NCBI GenBank assembly: GCA_027319905.1
Contig: DAHVMJ010000019.1
Location: forward strand, 1-12,462
Direction of reading: 5' to 3'
Source: Candidatus Micrarchaeota archaeon
GTDB lineage: Archaea; Micrarchaeota; Micrarchaeia; Micrarchaeales; CABMGC01
Length of the DNA: 12,462 bases
Under the pieces are notes generated by a model. The model made no database searches, was not told the origin of the DNA, and worked only from the letters and a program-made list of their open reading frames with translations. The translations under genes and the position numbers were made by a program. Shown here piece by piece: positions 7,620-12,462 of the stretch. Within the stretch, counting starts at the first letter, position 1; each line of letters starts with the position of its first letter.

Positions 7620-8543
7620 ATGCTTATAAGAAATGTGGACAGCATCAAGTTGGGGGGCACGGAAGAGAGGCTGAGCGAGATCGGGCTGGGTACCTGGAAA
7701 CTTGGCGCCAACGAGGAGCAGGAGGTGGGCGCGCTCAGCGCGGGCCTCGACGCGGGAGTAAACTTCATAGACACGGCTGAGATATACGGTACAGAACCCA
7801 TCGTCTCCAAGGCGATAAAGAACAGGCGCGGGCTCTTCGTGGCCACAAAGGTATCGCCCACGCATTTCAGATACGACGACGTGATAAGATCTTGCGACGC
7901 CAGCCTGGAAAGGCTGGGGATAAAGACAATAGACCTCTACCAGCTTCACTGGCCGAACAGCAGCGTGCCGATCGCCGAGACGATGGGCGCCATGGAGAAG
8001 CTTGTTGAAGACGGGAAGATACGCTACATCGGAGTGAGCAACTTCTCTGTTGATGAGATGAATGAGGCGCAGGAGGCGCTGAAGAGGAACAGGATAGTGT
8101 CCAACCAGGTGGAGTACAGTATGCTGGTCAGGGACGTGGAATCCGGCCTCCTGGAACACTGCAAGAAGGAGCACGTGAGCGTGATAGCCTATAGCCCGCT
8201 CGCGCGAGGCCATCTGCTTGAACCAAAGTATGCAAAGCTCAACGAAACGCTCGCGGATGTGGGGAAGAAGTACGGAAAGAGCGTCACGCAGGTGGCAATC
8301 AATTGGCTGATCTGCAAGGGGAACGTGATACCGATACCAAAGGCTGCGCGAAAGGAGCACGTGCTTGAGCTGGTGGGCTCAACCGGCTGGAGGCTGAGCG
8401 GGCACGACATGCATGCGCTGGACCATTTTTTATCGGCATACAGTAGGCGGTCGCTGGCAAGCGTGCTCAAGCCCGCGATGCACGCGCATCCGCTCGTCAC
8501 GCGCGCTTTCACGTGGCTCGGAAGCCTGCACACAAAAAGGTGA
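7620..8543 (+). CDS. Aldo/keto reductase
   Basis: IGLGTW, FIDTAEIYG (Asp, Tyr), VATKV (Lys), DLYQLHWP (His), IRYIGVSNFS, NQVEYS, AYSPLARG, IPIPKA. True start is ATG 7620 or GTG 7635, not 6813. Confidence 0.93.
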   Translation: MLIRNVDSIKLGGTEERLSEIGLGTWKLGANEEQEVGALSAGLDAGVNFIDTAEIYGTEPIVSKAIKNRRGLFVATKVSPTHFRYDDVIRSCDASLERLGIKTIDLYQLHWPNSSVPIAETMGAMEKLVEDGKIRYIGVSNFSVDEMNEAQEALKRNRIVSNQVEYSMLVRDVESGLLEHCKKEHVSVIAYSPLARGHLLEPKYAKLNETLADVGKKYGKSVTQVAINWLICKGNVIPIPKAARKEHVLELVGSTGWRLSGHDMHALDHFLSAYSRRSLASVLKPAMHAHPLVTRAFTWLGSLHTKR

Positions 8544-9290
8544 CTACAGCTCGTCCATCCTGTTGTAGTTGTTCTTCAGGAATTCGTTCTCGCTGCTGCG
8601 TGGCATGTTGCCGTGTATCCTGCTGAGCAGCTGCTCCTTCCCTAGCTTCTTGGAACACAAGAGTATGACGTTGCCCTCGAAGACAGCGGTGTTGACCCTG
8701 AAGACCCGGAATCTCTCCTTGAGCAGCTTCGTGTACCTGCTGAAGTTGAGCATCCCCATCATGCCCATCGCGTAGTTTATCGCGAGCACTCCGTCGTCAG
8801 CCAAAACCCTGTGGGCGTCATCTACGAACTTCCTCTGGAGGAATTGGTCAGGAATGCTGGAAGAGGTGTAGGCGTCGAGCAGTATCGCGTCGTACGCCCT
8901 GCTAGTCGAAGCCACGTAACCCGCGCCCTCGCCCACAATTATGTTCGCGCCAGTGTCCGGAGCGAATCCCCGCGACAGGTCAACGGCGCGCTTGCTGAGT
9001 TCTACCACATCAAGGCGGAGTCTCTCTCGCATAAGCGCAGAGAGCTGGAACGCCACCGTTCCGCCGCCGAGACCTATGAGAAGAACCCTCGGCGCGCCGA
9101 AGACGTAGGCGACCGGTATGAAATAGTCCCAGTACTCGCCCGTATATATCCCCTTGCCCTTGAGCTTAGAATAGGTTATGTTCCCGTATTTCAGTACCTT
9201 TTCATATCCCCTGTCCTCCACGCGGAACTCCTCGTCTCGATTCTCAGGCGCGCGCCTCTTTTTGAATCTCAGCAGGTCAAGTACGGACAT
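8544..9290 (-). CDS. Spermidine-synthase-like class I SAM-dependent methyltransferase/aminopropyltransferase
   Basis: RVLLIGLGGG (motif I), LDVVEL, YDAILLDAY, L..DGVLAIN, GNVILL. Soluble, 248 aa. Confidence 0.8.
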   Translation of the reverse strand: MSVLDLLRFKKRRAPENRDEEFRVEDRGYEKVLKYGNITYSKLKGKGIYTGEYWDYFIPVAYVFGAPRVLLIGLGGGTVAFQLSALMRERLRLDVVELSKRAVDLSRGFAPDTGANIIVGEGAGYVASTSRAYDAILLDAYTSSSIPDQFLQRKFVDDAHRVLADDGVLAINYAMGMMGMLNFSRYTKLLKERFRVFRVNTAVFEGNVILLCSKKLGKEQLLSRIHGNMPRSSENEFLKNNYNRMDEL

Positions 9291-9404
9291 GCTCCCGTAT
9301 CTGGTGGGCTTTCAACGCTTATAACGATTTGCAAATCTCTGAACATTCTCCCAGAAAGTAATAAATAGGCCGGGCGGAGACTAGAGGCATAAGAGTGTTA
9401 GCCG

Positions 9405-10226
9405 ATGCCTTCTAGACTGAAAACCGAAGAGGATACTGTAACCTTTTCCGATGCACGCACCAGCGCGGAGAAGCTGACGCACCTGCTCAGCGACAGGGCG
9501 CGGGGCTTTTTGATGGACAGAGTCAACGCGCGCAGCAGAGAGATCGTCAGCGCTGACAGCGTATCTGCGCAGAAAATCATCGATGAAGTGCAACACGTGG
9601 CGATAAGCCTGCGCGACACAGAAAAGAACTACATCAAACTCGTGGTCTCGTACGCCGCGGCAACGTGCCAGATATCAGTGCCCACCAGCTTCGCTGACGG
9701 CGCTCTTAGGGTGGTTGCGGAAAGGTACGTGCCTCTGGTCGAACCGCGGCTGAACGAGAAGAAGGAGATGAGCCTGGCGCTCAGAGACATGAACAAGGAG
9801 CTGCTAGAGCAGACGCTGGATGGCTGCGGTGCGAAGGCAAAACGTGAGGACTACACCAATTCCATAATGTTCATCATACAGGCGAATGACCTTGAACTCA
9901 TTCCTGAGGTAAGACTAACCCTGGAGGAACAGCTCAAGCAGGCCGCAGACAAAACGGATCTGCCTGGGTACATACTGCCTACCGCAAACAGGAACCTGCA
10001 GGTGGCAAGAGAACTGGAGCTGTTCAGGTTCAGACGAAGAACTGATAAGCTGCTCATCGCTGCCGCACTCGTCTGCGCGTACAAAGCTGGCATAAGAGGC
10101 AGCACAGACGAGGAGAGCGAGGAGCGCGGTTACGTACGCGACGTATCTGCCTACCTCGGGCTCAACCGCTACGTGGTGCGGCATGCGGCCGAAGAGCTTC
10201 GCTTCAAGAAGGAACGCAGGTACTAG
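9405..10226 (+). CDS. Hypothetical protein, possibly a divergent TFB/TFIIB-like cyclin-fold protein
   Basis: C-terminal half (LPGYILPTANRNLQVARELELF...LLIAAALVCAY...VRDVSAYLGLNRYVVRHAAEEL) resembles the second TFB cyclin repeat and HTH. A weaker first repeat is visible (VVSYAAATCQISVPTSF). No Zn ribbon. Confidence 0.5.
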   Translation: MPSRLKTEEDTVTFSDARTSAEKLTHLLSDRARGFLMDRVNARSREIVSADSVSAQKIIDEVQHVAISLRDTEKNYIKLVVSYAAATCQISVPTSFADGALRVVAERYVPLVEPRLNEKKEMSLALRDMNKELLEQTLDGCGAKAKREDYTNSIMFIIQANDLELIPEVRLTLEEQLKQAADKTDLPGYILPTANRNLQVARELELFRFRRRTDKLLIAAALVCAYKAGIRGSTDEESEERGYVRDVSAYLGLNRYVVRHAAEELRFKKERRY

Positions 10227-10478
10227 CTATTCCGCGTCCTCCTTCTCGTTCTCCTCAAGTATCTGCACTATCTGGCCCTGGCCCAGGCCTGTGGGAAAGT
10301 TATCGAACTTCACGGTAGCGTATGGTTCCTCGACCGAGACCACCCTCCCTGTCCATATGCGGTCGCTGTTGTCCCTGTATCTCACCCGCCTGCCCACCAG
10401 GGATGAGAAATCGACGTCACCATTGGGCGTCACCAGCAGATTCTCCCTGTCGAGCGAGGTTACTATGGCATCGATCAT
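10227..10478 (-). CDS. Ribosomal protein L35Ae (eL33)-like small beta-barrel protein
   Basis: Pattern IDAIVTS...LLVTP...SSLVGRRVRY...IWTGRVVSV...ATVKF..FP....GQIVQI parallels archaeal L35Ae as I recall it (KGVVLS...IIKP...SKLIGRLVLW...LKGKIVRVHG...VRARF..LPGQALG..VEI). Confidence 0.6.
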   Translation of the reverse strand: MIDAIVTSLDRENLLVTPNGDVDFSSLVGRRVRYRDNSDRIWTGRVVSVEEPYATVKFDNFPTGLGQGQIVQILEENEKEDAE

Positions 10479-10508
10479 CAGACCAACAGTTGCTTTTCTC
10501 GCAGCTGT

Positions 10509-10518
10509 TATATAAAAC
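10509..10518 (-). promoter_or_regulatory. Putative TATA box (TTTTATATA on minus strand) for the L35Ae-like gene
   Basis: About 30 bp upstream of ATG 10478. Confidence 0.5.
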
Positions 10519-10592
10519 CCAATCCAAAAACCGAGGAGAAGCCAGTTTATGAACGAGGAAGTCTTTTTAAGCGTTTAACAAACAAATGAAGC

Positions 10593-12462
10593 ATGCGATT
10601 CGGCACGCATCTAGCATTAGTACTGGCAGTGCTCCTACTCGCAGGAATCGCCGGGGCGACTACATCAAACCTCACTGGCAGCGTGAGTGTCACGCAGCCC
10701 AATGCCAACATAATAGTAACCGGCTTCGCCTCCTCCGCAAATCAGGTGACCGCCGGCTCCTCGATGACCTTCACCACCACGCTGCAGAACAACGGCTTCT
10801 ATAGTACAACCGGCGACATAACGCTGCTTTTGCAGACAACAGGTCCGTCTCCGATAAGCTCCGTCCAAACAATAAACGGGCTGAACCCCTGGCCGGCTAA
10901 CGAGGTTGACGTGATAACGCTTGGCAACGCTGCAGAGACTGCTGGCAGTTACACCGCAAACATCGTCGGCAACTTTCTTGACCAAAACAACGTACTCAGG
11001 CATACCAACGTGCAAAGCCTCACCTACACCGTGGTCTCACCAAGCGGCGGAGGCGGCGGAGGAGGCGGTGGCGGAGGCAGCGGAGGTGGCGGAGCGCCGC
11101 CCGTGCCCTCGTACCCGAGGATACCGCCAAGCCTCTACATCTTCAACGTCTCCTCAACGCTCAGCGAGTCCATAGAATACGCGAGCTCGACGGTGAAGAT
11201 AGTGGTGAGCACAAACTCGACCACTCCCGTTCCTGTCATATCTGAGATCGACAACGTCACCTACTACGCGCCCGGACTGCCAGTCGGGCTCAAGATGCTT
11301 TCCGCCACAGATGTAAACCTGACGGCAAGCGAGACCCTGCTGCTCAACCTAACGCTTCAGTACCCGTGCAGCGCGCCCGCATCCGCGGTGGCGCCCTACA
11401 AGCTGATATCAAACACCTGGACGCTTATCACGCCTTATCACGTAAATCCCAGCGCATGCAACATCAACTTCCTGCTCAACAGCAACGATCCCACCGTCGC
11501 GGTGATAGAGAACGAGTCACTGCTCACAGCCCCGATAGTCCAGATACCCCAGCTGTACATAACCTACATTCCCCTGTTCATCACGCTGCTGCGCGGGACA
11601 ACCACGCTGTCAAACATAGGGCTGCAGAATACCGGGGTTGGTACCGAAAGCATCACACTCTCAGTGCCGCACTCGTTCTCAAACATGCTCAGCATCTCGG
11701 CCGGCAGCCTCGTACTGCAGCCGGGCCAAACAATAAACGTCAACCTGCTTTTCAGCGCCCCGCCCAACGTGACGCTTGGCACGTACGTGATACCCCTCAA
11801 CATAAGCACCACCTCGAACGGCAAGACCGTCAACCAGACAGAGTACATCTCCTCGACAATCTACGCCAAGAACGCAACACAACCGTACATGGTCAACCAG
11901 ATAAACGTGATAAACAACACGCAGGTGGCAACAGGAATAATACAGATAAGCGCGCCCAACAACGCCAACCTCACTGGCGTGTACATGCAGACCGTTTTAC
12001 CCCCGGGCATAGTCTCTAACGCTTCGCAGATAACAGCGTTCGGGCTGCAGGCTAGCGTCTTAGAGCGCAACAGCACGTTCATAATAAACTGGTACATACC
12101 GTTCGTGCCGAGAGGCACGAGCGTATACGGCTACTACAATATCAACAGGCCGAGCAGGCAGCAACTACTGAAGTATGCACAAACCGCCTTCGTGGCGCCC
12201 TCTGCGGTGAGCGCCGAGCAGATACTACGCGTGACCAACGTGCAACTGCCCACTTTCTACCAGAACGTGCCGGACAACGTGAGCCTACAGATCCTCTACA
12301 CCGACGCGCAACCTGCGGCAATGACGGTAAGCCTCAGCGGACCACCTGACACAAACGTCACCCCCCTGGTGCAAACGTTAAACGTAACCCCCAACCAGCT
12401 GGTGCAGGTAAACTTCTCTGTGGCGGCGTCGCACACAGGAACGAAGCTGCTCAACCTGAGAA
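10593..12462 (+). CDS. Large secreted/surface glycoprotein with Ig-like (CARDB/NEW3-like) beta domains; partial, runs off the window
   Basis: Translated by hand: open from ATG 10593 to the window end (at least 623 aa). Signal peptide MRFGTHLALVLAVLLLAGIAGA, Thr/Asn/Ser/Val-rich, many NxS/T sequons, LQNNG/LQNTG...LQPGQT...GTYVIP patterns, poly-Gly linker. Confidence 0.88.
   Translation, partial: MRFGTHLALVLAVLLLAGIAGATTSNLTGSVSVTQPNANIIVTGFASSANQVTAGSSMTFTTTLQNNGFYSTTGDITLLLQTTGPSPISSVQTINGLNPWPANEVDVITLGNAAETAGSYTANIVGNFLDQNNVLRHTNVQSLTYTVVSPSGGGGGGGGGGGSGGGGAPPVPSYPRIPPSLYIFNVSSTLSESIEYASSTVKIVVSTNSTTPVPVISEIDNVTYYAPGLPVGLKMLSATDVNLTASETLLLNLTLQYPCSAPASAVAPYKLISNTWTLITPYHVNPSACNINFLLNSNDPTVAVIENESLLTAPIVQIPQLYITYIPLFITLLRGTTTLSNIGLQNTGVGTESITLSVPHSFSNMLSISAGSLVLQPGQTINVNLLFSAPPNVTLGTYVIPLNISTTSNGKTVNQTEYISSTIYAKNATQPYMVNQINVINNTQVATGIIQISAPNNANLTGVYMQTVLPPGIVSNASQITAFGLQASVLERNSTFIINWYIPFVPRGTSVYGYYNINRPSRQQLLKYAQTAFVAPSAVSAEQILRVTNVQLPTFYQNVPDNVSLQILYTDAQPAAMTVSLSGPPDTNVTPLVQTLNVTPNQLVQVNFSVAASHTGTKLLNLR
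11046..11093 (+). repeat. GGN trinucleotide low-complexity tract encoding a G11-S-G4 linker
   Basis: GGC GGA GGC GGC GGA GGA GGC GGT GGC GGA GGC AGC GGA GGT GGC GGA, in frame in the surface protein. Confidence 0.9.

Noticed and set aside
11046..11093. GGC/GGA tract as CRISPR, G-quadruplex regulator or phase-variation switch
   Set aside because: An in-frame poly-Gly linker with mixed codons; triplet slippage would not shift the frame. No repeat-spacer array was seen anywhere in the window.
10586..12118. Short ORFs in the track (10586-10804, 10921-11175, 11366-12019 and the minus-strand ones)
   Set aside because: All are off-frame or antisense shadows of the continuous surface-protein ORF starting at 10593.

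Overview
Archaeal genomic window. Gene content, TATA-box promoters with near-leaderless starts and tight gene packing suggest a DPANN/Micrarchaeota-like genome (inference). The left end is the edge of a probable integrated element: a tyrosine integrase with a C-terminal Zn-ribbon sits just downstream of an intact tRNA-Phe(GAA). The rest looks chromosomal: a Hef/FANCM-like helicase with no nuclease domain, a very divergent 687-aa HMG-CoA-synthase-like protein with a ~180-aa insertion, a small hypothetical gene, a DUF929 (CPYC thioredoxin-like) + VKOR pair, a GT2 glycosyltransferase, an aldo/keto reductase, a spermidine-synthase-like methyltransferase, a divergent TFB-like cyclin-fold protein, an acidic L35Ae-like protein, and the 5' part of a large secreted surface glycoprotein missing from the ORF track. 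All family calls come from motif recognition by eye; no searches were run.
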